This document shows, piece after piece, positions 21,074-29,645 of a stretch of DNA of 64,000 bases. The first letter of the stretch is position 1. The number at the start of each line of letters is the position of its first letter. Origin of the DNA: a plasmid; the sequence record NZ_CP137560.1; one strand, given 5' to 3'. Below the pieces are notes generated by a model. The model saw only the letters and a program-made list of their open reading frames with translations. It was not told the DNA's origin and searched no databases. The translations under genes and the position numbers were made by a program.

Positions 21074-22609
21074 CTAAAGCCCCATACCTCTTGGGCGTTG
21101 AACGATATCCTCTTCTGCGTCTTGTGACACACTCGAGGACGGGATGCTAACTGCAGACTGCAAATAGCCATTAGGTGGTGAAGCTTGCTGATAGCCTTGG
21201 CTTGGGGGTTGTTGGATAGGCATTTGTTGATAGCCTGCCTGACGGTGGTTGATATTCTTAAGAGTCATACCACCCAGCAATAAGCTGGCAGCCTTGCCCA
21301 ACCACCCAAATCTTCCAAACATCATATAGGAAGCTACGGCTAGACTCAAGATGTTCATCTTAGAGACACTGCCGCCTGTTATTTCATTTACGGCATGGTT
21401 CATGCCGCTCATAACCTTATTCAGCATACCATCCTGCCCATAACCTTGTGGGGTATTCTGATAAGGATTGCTCACTTGATAAGGATTCTGGTAGGGGTTT
21501 GGGTAAGATTGTGTACTTGGATCCGAATAGCCACCTTGGTCATTCTCGACCATGCCATTACCAACATAGTCTTTTCCTATTTGATACAAATTAGCACCTT
21601 CGTCAGCTACACCAGCCACAGTTCCTTTTCCTGTCTGATAAAGGTTCACACCTTCATCCACTACTGCTCCTGCAGCATCGGTTACCTTATTATATATGTC
21701 TGGGGCATTATCACCAGCTACAGCTTGTCCTACCATACCACCAAGTCCATTCTCTGAGGCGTTACTTCCACCCAATACATATAAAAGAGGTTTCAGGAAG
21801 CCATCTCCTGAAGCGATGCCATATGCTCCAAGAGCGAAAGCTGAGTGCCATCCCAATGTTTTTGGGTTCTTTGCATAGAATCTTGCTGTCTTCTTTAAGG
21901 TACTTTCTTTCTTGGCGGCTTCCTTGGCAGTTTCTTTTTCAGCCTCCTTGGCGTTCTTTACTTTCTCAGCTGCCTTTTCGGTTGTCTTCGGAGCTTCCTT
22001 AGTTGCTTGTTTTGTGCTGGATTTCATTTCCTCAGCAACTTTCTTTTCTGCTTTGATCGTTTCTTCAGCTACATCCTTCTTTCCCCTGATAGCTTCTTTT
22101 GCCTTAGCTATAGGGTGGAAATTCGGTTTAAAAGATGCCTTTGGCAATGAATTCTCCCAAGAAAGATAACCGCTGTCTTTAAAGATGGGGTTTCTTGCGG
22201 GTTTCATCGAAGGCATCACTTGTGAAGTCTGCTCCGTTACAGAAGGTTTTGGAGAAAATCTATGAAACCAATTCTTCATTCTATCCGTAAAGGAGAGGGT
22301 AGGAGTTGCCTTTTGTACTGTCATAGGAACTTCCTTTGGGGTTCTTTTCCACAAATTATTCCAAGTATCCTTCATGGAAAAATTTAACCTACCATTGAAG
22401 GAAGGAATGAAGTTAAACTTCGGCAATGATCTCTCCTTTGAGATAGGTGATAGGGCTGCCTTACCTTTTTCAGCACCTAAAGGACTGACCTTGGCACCCT
22501 TGACGATGGCTTCTGTCTCTTTTGTGGCATGTAGGGCTTGTTTTCCTCCACGGAAGAAACTCTTGCCTTTTTCCAAGGCTGCCACGCCCAATTCTTTCCA
22601 AAATGCCAT
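21074..22609 (-). CDS. hypothetical protein (511 aa) with Lys/Ala/Glu-rich and Gly/Tyr/Gln-rich low-complexity regions and a C-terminal hydrophobic segment
   Basis: ORF in the compact operon. No recognisable catalytic motif. Confidence 0.4.
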   Translation of the reverse strand: MAFWKELGVAALEKGKSFFRGGKQALHATKETEAIVKGAKVSPLGAEKGKAALSPISKERSLPKFNFIPSFNGRLNFSMKDTWNNLWKRTPKEVPMTVQKATPTLSFTDRMKNWFHRFSPKPSVTEQTSQVMPSMKPARNPIFKDSGYLSWENSLPKASFKPNFHPIAKAKEAIRGKKDVAEETIKAEKKVAEEMKSSTKQATKEAPKTTEKAAEKVKNAKEAEKETAKEAAKKESTLKKTARFYAKNPKTLGWHSAFALGAYGIASGDGFLKPLLYVLGGSNASENGLGGMVGQAVAGDNAPDIYNKVTDAAGAVVDEGVNLYQTGKGTVAGVADEGANLYQIGKDYVGNGMVENDQGGYSDPSTQSYPNPYQNPYQVSNPYQNTPQGYGQDGMLNKVMSGMNHAVNEITGGSVSKMNILSLAVASYMMFGRFGWLGKAASLLLGGMTLKNINHRQAGYQQMPIQQPPSQGYQQASPPNGYLQSAVSIPSSSVSQDAEEDIVQRPRGMGL

Positions 22610-22626
22610 AATGATGTATTGTGAAG

Positions 22627-23301
22627 TTAATGAACTGGATAATTGATTCTAACAATGGCACGAGCTTTATGAATCTCGGTCTTTGGTGTCTCTATAATAC
22701 CTCCACCGGTAGTGGAGCATAACCATGCCTGATAGCCTGGATTCTCCTTGACCTCTGTAGAGGTCCAGTACCAAGTATCATCTGTTTTATCAATGGGGAT
22801 TCCACCCAGTTTCTCAATGATACCATTGATATAAGCTGCACTTTTTACCAATAGGCATTGTTCTGCCACGCTAGGTATATAGTCACTTTGCCCTCCGCTG
22901 TGAAAATGAAACATGGTTTCTGCAATTGGGCAGCCCTTACCTGTTTTTTTAAACTTGCTTTGGAACATGGCGATGGTATTGGTATGCCCATCGAAAGCGG
23001 AAATATCCTGGCTTGTACCATTCTCCAGCCCCAGAGAGTCACAAAATGCCCCCCGGGTTTCTTGGAGCATCACAGCAAGGGCAGGATGCTCATCCGTGGC
23101 CTCGGCAAAAATGACACCCACCGCTTTCTTGGTGGATTGACTGAAATAAGTTTGAGTATCCATACAGCTGTGGTCATCACACAGAACATAGCCAACATGT
23201 AATTGATGGTCAGTTGGCTCATGCTCATCACACGAGACCAACAGACTTTGTAAAATGATAGCAAACAGCCCGCAAAAAATAGAAAAATATGTTCTTCTCA
23301 T
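22627..23301 (-). CDS. lipoprotein with a DUF1566 (Lcl C-terminal-like) domain
   Basis: Signal peptide plus Cys (LLVSCDE). The C-terminal pattern DYIPSVAEQCLL ... WYWTSTE...AW...G...KARAIVRINY resembles the DUF1566 signature. Confidence 0.45.
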   Translation of the reverse strand: MRRTYFSIFCGLFAIILQSLLVSCDEHEPTDHQLHVGYVLCDDHSCMDTQTYFSQSTKKAVGVIFAEATDEHPALAVMLQETRGAFCDSLGLENGTSQDISAFDGHTNTIAMFQSKFKKTGKGCPIAETMFHFHSGGQSDYIPSVAEQCLLVKSAAYINGIIEKLGGIPIDKTDDTWYWTSTEVKENPGYQAWLCSTTGGGIIETPKTEIHKARAIVRINYPVH

Positions 23302-23311
23302 TGTCTTTTAA

Positions 23312-23836
23312 TTATAATGGAATCTTAACTCCCAGTGAAACACCAGTCTTGAACCGATCTTTAGCTCTAATGGTAATGTCTTCCTTGATAGCAAAGAATA
23401 CACTCCAACCATCATATAGGTTATAAGTATGTTCATACCCCAAATGAGCAGCACCTATAGCTTTCTCAAAATCACTACCAGCACTGGCACCGATTCTTAA
23501 GCTACCGTGATGGTTGCGGCCTCTTGTTACACAGGGCTTATAAGCAACGCCAATCATCCAGGTGTTATAATGATGCCAAAATGATTTCGGAGTAATGTGT
23601 CCAGCTTCCGGGTCATCTGCATATTGAATGGAGTAACTACCAAAGTACTCCCAGGCATGATGATAGTCACCTTCCTTCTCATAGGCCAGAGTAGCTTCCA
23701 TGGTCTTTGGATATAAGACACCCAAGGAAACTTGAAGGTGGCTTCCATGACTTTGTGCCACCATACTGGTAGGAATACCTATGACCATAAAGGACATAAG
23801 CACTGCTTTTTTGAACTTCTTGATTATTTTGTCCAT
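23312..23836 (-). CDS. signal-peptide, beta-rich small protein; possibly TraO-like conjugative transposon outer-membrane protein
   Basis: N-terminal signal peptide, His/aromatic-rich beta-strand composition, size about 19 kDa. It is the first gene downstream of the prophage insertion in the operon that carries TraN/TraM-like genes on the other side. Confidence 0.3.
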   Translation of the reverse strand: MDKIIKKFKKAVLMSFMVIGIPTSMVAQSHGSHLQVSLGVLYPKTMEATLAYEKEGDYHHAWEYFGSYSIQYADDPEAGHITPKSFWHHYNTWMIGVAYKPCVTRGRNHHGSLRIGASAGSDFEKAIGAAHLGYEHTYNLYDGWSVFFAIKEDITIRAKDRFKTGVSLGVKIPL

Positions 23837-24002
23837 GTGCTATAGTTACTTTATTGTTCTCTTAATAGAATGGAGTCGAAGGAATCCGCAGCAAGCAAAT
23901 CCTCATAGTCCAGATTGATGGATATATTTCTACCGCTAATTTGCTTTTCACTCAGAGAGATGCTCAATACCTTGTCGTTAGGAAAGGTCATCTTTATAAT
24001 CC

Positions 24003-24078
24003 GCAAAACGAAATGTTCGTCAATCGTAAAACGAAACGATATATTTTCAAAACGAAACGTATATTTTTCGTTTCTCCC
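24003..24078. repeat. left-end subterminal transposase-binding-site array: three direct AAAACGAAA(Y)G units and one inverted unit
   Basis: gcAAAACGAAAtg, taAAAACGAAAcg and tcAAAACGAAAcg, then ttTTTCGTTTctcc. Read from outside inward, the outermost unit GCAAAACGAAATGTT matches the right end GCAAAACGAAACGTT. Confidence 0.5.
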
Positions 24079-24091
24079 TCCATTACACAAA

Positions 24092-24134
24092 TAATGTGAT
24101 TATAATCGCTTTTTAACGGCATTATAATCACATT
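24092..24134. terminator. perfect 14-bp inverted repeat AATGTGATTATAAT / ATTATAATCACATT immediately downstream of the amidase stop and followed by T7 on the + strand; possible bidirectional terminator or protein-binding palindrome
   Basis: Palindrome read from the sequence. The stem is AT-rich and therefore weak. Confidence 0.35.
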
Positions 24135-24140
24135 ATTTTT

Positions 24141-24599
24141 TTATATATCCTCATACTCTGACTTAGCGTCGAAACAAGGACACCATTTCTTCCATTTTTG
24201 GGGGTCGCTACCCCAAATATCTCTATGTCCCATAATTTGTGCGCCAGGGTATTGACGATGCAGCTCTATAAGCAATGATCTTAAAGCTATTTTTTGCGCT
24301 TCCGTTCGATTATCAACAGGCTTACCCTTACTATCAATACCACCCACGTATGCTACATTAATGGCAGTGGAGTTGTAGCCTTGTACTCCGTTACTGACCT
24401 TACTAATATCTAATAACTGATGCACAACACCATCCTCGGTCACTACCTTGTGATACCCTGGGTTCTTCCAGCCTTTCGCTCTGAACTCTGCAAGGAGTTC
24501 CTTAACTCCCCATTTCTGGCTCGAAGCCGTACAATGAACGAATATTCTTTCAATCTTTCTCATTTTACATAAAAATAAAATAATTAATAAGACTTCCAA
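24141..24599 (-). CDS. N-acetylmuramoyl-L-alanine amidase (Amidase_2/PGRP-type endolysin); likely true start at M13 (24563)
   Basis: Motifs IFVHCTAS..., HRDIWGSD and WCPCFD are characteristic of phage amidase_2 endolysins. Starting at M13 (24563) removes the overlap with the upstream small gene. Confidence 0.8.
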   Translation of the reverse strand: MEVLLIILFLCKMRKIERIFVHCTASSQKWGVKELLAEFRAKGWKNPGYHKVVTEDGVVHQLLDISKVSNGVQGYNSTAINVAYVGGIDSKGKPVDNRTEAQKIALRSLLIELHRQYPGAQIMGHRDIWGSDPQKWKKWCPCFDAKSEYEDI

Positions 24600-24789
24600 A
24601 CACTATCACTACCGAATACCTTATCACGTCTTCCCACTCGAAATGTGAGAGGCAATAATGCTTATATTGATACATTTCTCTGCTTACCATTACAAGCAAA
24701 GCAAACAATCCTGTCAATATACCCATCAGTAGCCAACAAGCAAGACCGATACAGTCTCGCTTGTTGAGAGTAAATAACCTTTTCAGCAT
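24565..24789 (-). CDS. small single-TM protein (74 aa), holin/spanin-like candidate
   Basis: Internal start MLKRLF... of ORF 24565..24954, with one transmembrane segment (LACWLLMGILTGLFALLVMV). Fits with 1-nt gaps between the upstream membrane protein gene and the amidase gene. Confidence 0.4.
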   Translation of the reverse strand: MLKRLFTLNKRDCIGLACWLLMGILTGLFALLVMVSREMYQYKHYCLSHFEWEDVIRYSVVIVFGSLINYFIFM

Positions 24790-25307
24790 ACGCAAAGCCA
24801 ATAGGTAAGATATACATCGAGGAATGCCGCCACCTCTGCCCAATAGCATCCGACAGCTTTCGGCTTTGCAGCAGGAGGGAAATAGATAATAAGCACCGCA
24901 ATAGCTAATAGTAGAGTAGGGGCAAGATTGACGCTTGAACACCAGCCTACACACCCGATAGCTGCCACAATAGCGCCACCTTTATGAATAGGGTAGGTGT
25001 CCTTATCTATATAATTAGGCGCTGCGCCTACAAACATTAATCCAGCGCACCCCAAGAAGACAAGGCATTGAATACCCTTATCAGAGCCGAGCAGAGGAAT
25101 GAGCATGAGAATAACACTCGTGAACATGACAAGCGTGAACACCCAACCATAATTGCACTTGCGTTTACCTCCGACAATCTCACTGTCAGCACAATTCTGC
25201 AACTGATAATACACATCGCTCACCATATCCGGAACACCGAACCGCATAGCTGCGAGAAGAAGAAATCCTCCAAGCAAGAGGAATGAAATAATACTTAATA
25301 CATACAT
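24783..25307 (-). CDS. multi-pass membrane protein (174 aa), putative holin-like lysis protein
   Basis: Four hydrophobic segments. Sits immediately upstream of the small TM protein and the amidase. Confidence 0.45.
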   Translation of the reverse strand: MYVLSIISFLLLGGFLLLAAMRFGVPDMVSDVYYQLQNCADSEIVGGKRKCNYGWVFTLVMFTSVILMLIPLLGSDKGIQCLVFLGCAGLMFVGAAPNYIDKDTYPIHKGGAIVAAIGCVGWCSSVNLAPTLLLAIAVLIIYFPPAAKPKAVGCYWAEVAAFLDVYLTYWLCVC

Positions 25308-25367
25308 AATTTTTCATTTTATTTAGTTAAACATCACTATCATTTTCCCAATGCCAGGGAAATGATA

Positions 25368-25964
25368 TTATATTTTTAGATTGAGCTTTTCAGGATAGCC
25401 CGTCTTGTAATCATAGGCTTTCACCTCTTCGATGGTCGTCAACTTATTAACCTCTGCCTGATGAGTTGCGGTCACATTGTAGCAATCTTTTGCATACACC
25501 TCAATAGTACAGATAAGGTCTTGAGCCGCTGCGATGGGCATGACTAAACACTTTCCATCAAGCCAGAGACTCGTTTCTTCTCGACCCTTATAAGCAATTC
25601 TCTCATTACCGGCAAATACACGATCTCTCAGGTTGAAGTCGAGCCAGTGCTGCTCCCCGTTAAGGTAAAACGCATTGACGGCAGGAGATTTGTCGTAGGC
25701 AGTAATCTCTGCTATCTTATCAGCCTTTGCCTGTTCAAGTTTCAGTGCATCCATCTTAACCGAAAATTCAACAAATGCCTTCTGTATTTCTTCCTCGTCA
25801 AAGGCAGAAACTGCCATGGAGCACTCATAACATTCGTATGCGCCTAATTCCTTATTAAGCGCTTCCCCGATATGATAAATCATCAAGCTTCCAAGCTCAT
25901 ATTGCTTTTTGAAAGCTGCTTCCGGGATAATTGTCCTAATAAAATTAATCTTCATAATCGACAT
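25368..25964 (-). CDS. hypothetical phage protein (198 aa)
   Basis: Clean ORF between the RT and the lysis genes. Confidence 0.45.
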   Translation of the reverse strand: MSIMKINFIRTIIPEAAFKKQYELGSLMIYHIGEALNKELGAYECYECSMAVSAFDEEEIQKAFVEFSVKMDALKLEQAKADKIAEITAYDKSPAVNAFYLNGEQHWLDFNLRDRVFAGNERIAYKGREETSLWLDGKCLVMPIAAAQDLICTIEVYAKDCYNVTATHQAEVNKLTTIEEVKAYDYKTGYPEKLNLKI

Positions 25965-25972
25965 TTTTATAA

Positions 25973-27130
25973 TTAAACCTTAAATTTATTCATAATCTTG
26001 ATAACCTTCATATTCTTACAATAGAGTCTGTCTTTGTGTGGCATCATCATCCAGGCTTTGCGCCTTATGTGATAGCTGTCACAATAGGCAAGCAGTCCCA
26101 TCAGACTATTGATGCGTCCGACGTATCGTTTTAAGACCTGGCTCGTGGGATTTTCGATCATCCCGAGCTCGTCTATCACGGCATACAGTCGTTCCACTGT
26201 CTGTCTGTTAGGAACAAGTCTGTGAGGTCTTATCATCGTGCCGATGAATCGAACGCCATTGCTCACTCTCTGCAAGGAGATTTTGCGAGGATGTAGCGTC
26301 AATCCTAATTCGTCTCTCAGATATATCCTGCCATCTTGCAGGATGCGATGAAGCAGTCTTCTATCCCTGTTGATGACGATGAAGTCGTCGACATATCTGC
26401 CATATCCACCGTCCGTACCCACCGCCGAGACCATCATCTTATCGAAGTCGGACAACAGCAAATTGGCAAGCAACTGACTTGGAAGATTACCGATAGGAAG
26501 GCCCTTATTCTTGTCACATGTGAACAGCGACTTATTTTTGGGCAGTATATCGAATAACTTCAGGTTGCCGGTCTTGACGCAGTTCTTTGTTGGATCATGC
26601 AACACCACTATCTTCCACAACCATAGCCACCACTCGATATCCTTACCACGATACTTCGTCCTAATCAGCCGTTCCAGTTTGTCATATAACATTTTTCTAT
26701 CGATACTCATGAAAAAGCCCTGAAGGTCGCACTTAAGAACCCAAGCCTCCCGAGTATAGCCTTCGCTCACCCGTTCCATCTGGGCCTTAACCTGCTCGAC
26801 ACCGTAAAGAACACCCTTACCTTGCCTACAAGCAAATGCGCTATCGGTCAGTTCGTCCTCAAGAATATCTCCAAACTTCAACGCAAGAAGATGATGCACG
26901 ACTCTGTCGCGGAAATGAACACAGAACACCTCCCTCAACTTTGGACGAGTCACACAGAAAGCCTTGCTTGGACCTATCTTGTAGGTCAGCCGGTTAAGGT
27001 CTGCGTACAGCTGATAGTTGTTGATTATCGCCTCTGCCTGATAGCTTACACAATCGTCGGTCGAAGTCTTATGCTTGCAGCAGTCGATATACGCCTGTCT
27101 AATATCCTCGATGGAGACATACTCTTGCAT
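25973..27130 (-). CDS. diversity-generating retroelement reverse transcriptase
   Basis: Motif LPIGNLPSQLLANLL is the DGR-type I/LGxxxSQ that replaces QGxxxSP. YGRYVDDFIVI is the YxDD catalytic motif. Size is about 385 aa. Sits next to a TR/avd/VR set. Confidence 0.9.
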   Translation of the reverse strand: MQEYVSIEDIRQAYIDCCKHKTSTDDCVSYQAEAIINNYQLYADLNRLTYKIGPSKAFCVTRPKLREVFCVHFRDRVVHHLLALKFGDILEDELTDSAFACRQGKGVLYGVEQVKAQMERVSEGYTREAWVLKCDLQGFFMSIDRKMLYDKLERLIRTKYRGKDIEWWLWLWKIVVLHDPTKNCVKTGNLKLFDILPKNKSLFTCDKNKGLPIGNLPSQLLANLLLSDFDKMMVSAVGTDGGYGRYVDDFIVINRDRRLLHRILQDGRIYLRDELGLTLHPRKISLQRVSNGVRFIGTMIRPHRLVPNRQTVERLYAVIDELGMIENPTSQVLKRYVGRINSLMGLLAYCDSYHIRRKAWMMMPHKDRLYCKNMKVIKIMNKFKV

Positions 27131-27197
27131 GATAATTTGATTGTTAGATATACAGAAGGATGGCGAAAAGAATCGGGCATCATCAATATGTGATAAT

Positions 27198-27289
27198 CGA
27201 AAACTGGCAGTACGACGTTGCTGTTCGTCTTGTTGTTGTTGTTCGCACCACTGTTGTAGATCCAGGCGTTACCAGCGCCGTTCTGCGTT
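27198..27289 (-). repeat. DGR template repeat (TR)
   Basis: 92 bp aligning with 27881-27972. The 8 mismatches are at 27225, 27239, 27242, 27243, 27261, 27282, 27288 and 27289. All are T on the + strand, i.e. A on the sense (minus) strand. Lies between avd and the RT gene. Confidence 0.85.
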
Positions 27290-27402
27290 ACCGATGCCTT
27301 CTCCCTTTAAGGTCTGACCACTTCTTCTGAAGAAGTTGCGTGGCGGCATCCCTTGTCATCATCTGATGGCGGCACTCCCACGTTGCCTTAGCTTCGTGGC
27401 TC

Positions 27403-27759
27403 TCACCTCTGCGAAGATCCGAGAGAACTCCTTCGCCATCCGTATGCAAATTGTAGCAGCCTGTCTGTGAGTTTCGTCAGGTTTGTGGCCTTTCGAACAT
27501 CAAGATAGGCGAGGTCGTCGAAAATGCCGACGAATGTGCGTATCTCCCGGACAATCATGATATACTCGTCTATATATTCCACACGTCTTGCCATGCTGCC
27601 GTTTGCCAGATACACCAAGTCCAAGGCTCTTGCTGACTTCTCTGTCATCCGTTCGTAGATACCATATCTCACCACCTTGCTAACATTCCTTCCGTATTCC
27701 AACAACAGCTTGCAGAGCAAGCGTGTATCCTTGTATATTCCCAATCCTTCCGCTAACAT
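27403..27759 (-). CDS. accessory variability determinant (Avd)
   Basis: 118 aa, predicted helical and basic. In the canonical position between the target gene and TR-RT. Confidence 0.7.
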   Translation of the reverse strand: MLAEGLGIYKDTRLLCKLLLEYGRNVSKVVRYGIYERMTEKSARALDLVYLANGSMARRVEYIDEYIMIVREIRTFVGIFDDLAYLDVRKATNLTKLTDRLLQFAYGWRRSSLGSSQR

Positions 27760-27869
27760 CCTTCTGTTTTATTTATGTTAATTAATTCACTAAAATTCAC
27801 GCCCCTTGCCGTTGCCTCTTTTTACTCCTTAGTGAGCTGGGGTTGTCAAGAGGTAAAGAGGCGAAGAGG

Positions 27870-29627
27870 TCAAGGGCAAGCGAAAACTGGCAGTACGACG
27901 TTGCTGTACGTCTTGTTGTTGCTGCCCGCACCACTGTTGTAGACCCAGGCGTTACCAGCGCCGTACTGCGAACTGGTCCATCGCCAATTGCTCATGACGA
28001 ACTTGTAGTAGGCGTTTCCCACGTCCTCGCCATACAATATGGTCAGTATCTGTTTGATAGGACTCGCATTCGCCATGTGGATAAATTCCTGTCCTGCCGA
28101 CATTTTGAACCCATGCAGCTCCTGACCACCAATACTGAATATCTGGTTGTAGGCGTAGTCTGCCGCCGGCACGGAAAGGCTTCGCTCCTGTGCCTCCTGC
28201 CGGATGAGAAAAGTGCCCGACTCGCCATTGTAGTAGTTGGCGTCTGAGCTAACATTGCCGTTTGAGGCGATGCTTGTAAACAGCAGCTGCTGTGTACACC
28301 ATGGCAGCTTGGGCAACTTGGACATATTTCTAAGGTCGGAGGTTCTAATCATGAACGTACCCTTATTGATCATCAAGGTGGAGTCCGCCACCTTTAGTGC
28401 CACAACATCCTCGCTGTCTCTGCCAGTCGCGACCCAACTGTCGATGTAATACTCGTTGAGATCACCATCCACTACAAAGACGCCTGCCTTAAATTGATAC
28501 ATCCTGTAATCCAATAATCTTTGCGGAACCGCCGCCGTGTAGGTCCTTGTGTTTTTGTTGAAACTGACATAGTAACCTTCTTGATTCTCGACCTTGACGG
28601 TATATTCCTTGCCGTAAGGCACATAGACTGTCACCTGTCCCTTGCTGTCAGAGTGATACTCAACGATCTTCTTGTCATAGGTTACCGACACAGGGATACC
28701 CTCGTAAGCGACGGCCTGGTTGTCTGCCCCATACTTGGTGACCGTCACCACCACCTTCTCACTTGAATCCTCGTCGTATGGCAGATAGCTTAGGTTAATA
28801 TCTCGACTCTCCAATACGGCGGTGAATCCCACAGGAGAGATTGGCTGCGCATTTCCATACTGAGGCACGCTCAGTTCATAATACTCACCTCTATGAACCT
28901 TGAAAACAGCCTTGCCATCATCATCGGTAACGAACGTCTGCGGCGTGGTGCCGTGGTTGTATCTCACAGCTATCGAGATGCCGCCTACCTTTACGCTCTC
29001 CACCGACGAAGTGATTGTCACCGTCACCACCTCATCGATGTCGCCCAAGTTGATACTCTTCACCTCCCCTTGCCGGTTGGTCACGGTAAGCACGTGATCA
29101 ACGAGGTCTGCGTTGACATTCTCGGCTGCCGACAGGGCGGTCTTGGCGTTCTTCGAAGCCTCGCTCGCTGTGTCCGCCGCTCTCTGAGCTGCATCCACAA
29201 GTCCTTTCGCCTGCGAGATGAGTTGCTCTAATTCCACGCTTGGAGGCAGTATCACCAAGGAGGTGTCCATCTCTACGCTGTTGTCTCCTTCGTCAGTTTC
29301 TCCAAACTCGGTGTCGCCGTCCTTATTGTACTCCACGATGGCTATCTGCTCGTATTCCTTGCTCTGCCATGCGTTGCCCAATTTTCTGCCGCTCACCACG
29401 AGCGAATAGACATCCTTCTTAACGCGGTCGCCCTTTACTTCAGCGATGATTACGTTGTCGTGCTCAATGTCGAGCGTGTAGGCGAGGGTAAGGATGGAGA
29501 AGCTGCCCACCAGCTGCACCTTAATGTCAGTACACCCTGTCAATGGGAACGGCACGATGTCGCCGTTTACTTTCTTCGACACCGGAATCTTCAGTGCGAA
29601 GTCATTTCCTTTCACTATTTTTTTCAT
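27870..29627 (-). CDS. DGR target protein, tail-fibre/receptor-binding-like, with a C-terminal variable C-type-lectin-like region
   Basis: The VR occupies the last about 30 codons (...WTSSQYGAGNAWVYNSGAGSNNKTYSNVVLPVFACP). The rest of the protein is beta-rich. Confidence 0.8.
   Translation of the reverse strand: MKKIVKGNDFALKIPVSKKVNGDIVPFPLTGCTDIKVQLVGSFSILTLAYTLDIEHDNVIIAEVKGDRVKKDVYSLVVSGRKLGNAWQSKEYEQIAIVEYNKDGDTEFGETDEGDNSVEMDTSLVILPPSVELEQLISQAKGLVDAAQRAADTASEASKNAKTALSAAENVNADLVDHVLTVTNRQGEVKSINLGDIDEVVTVTITSSVESVKVGGISIAVRYNHGTTPQTFVTDDDGKAVFKVHRGEYYELSVPQYGNAQPISPVGFTAVLESRDINLSYLPYDEDSSEKVVVTVTKYGADNQAVAYEGIPVSVTYDKKIVEYHSDSKGQVTVYVPYGKEYTVKVENQEGYYVSFNKNTRTYTAAVPQRLLDYRMYQFKAGVFVVDGDLNEYYIDSWVATGRDSEDVVALKVADSTLMINKGTFMIRTSDLRNMSKLPKLPWCTQQLLFTSIASNGNVSSDANYYNGESGTFLIRQEAQERSLSVPAADYAYNQIFSIGGQELHGFKMSAGQEFIHMANASPIKQILTILYGEDVGNAYYKFVMSNWRWTSSQYGAGNAWVYNSGAGSNNKTYSNVVLPVFACP
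27881..27972 (-). repeat. DGR variable repeat (VR) at the 3-prime end of the target gene
   Basis: Cognate of the TR. Differs only at TR-adenine positions. Confidence 0.85.
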
Positions 29628-29645
29628 AAGCTTATATAAAATTTA

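Noticed and set aside
23851-24090. 79-aa minus-strand ORF spanning the left terminal repeat array
   Set aside because: It overlaps the transposase-binding repeats at the prophage end and has no start context, so it is likely non-coding.
27843-29422. Several + strand ORFs antisense to the DGR target gene
   Set aside because: Shadows of the 585-aa minus-strand gene, whose 3-prime end is fixed by the VR.
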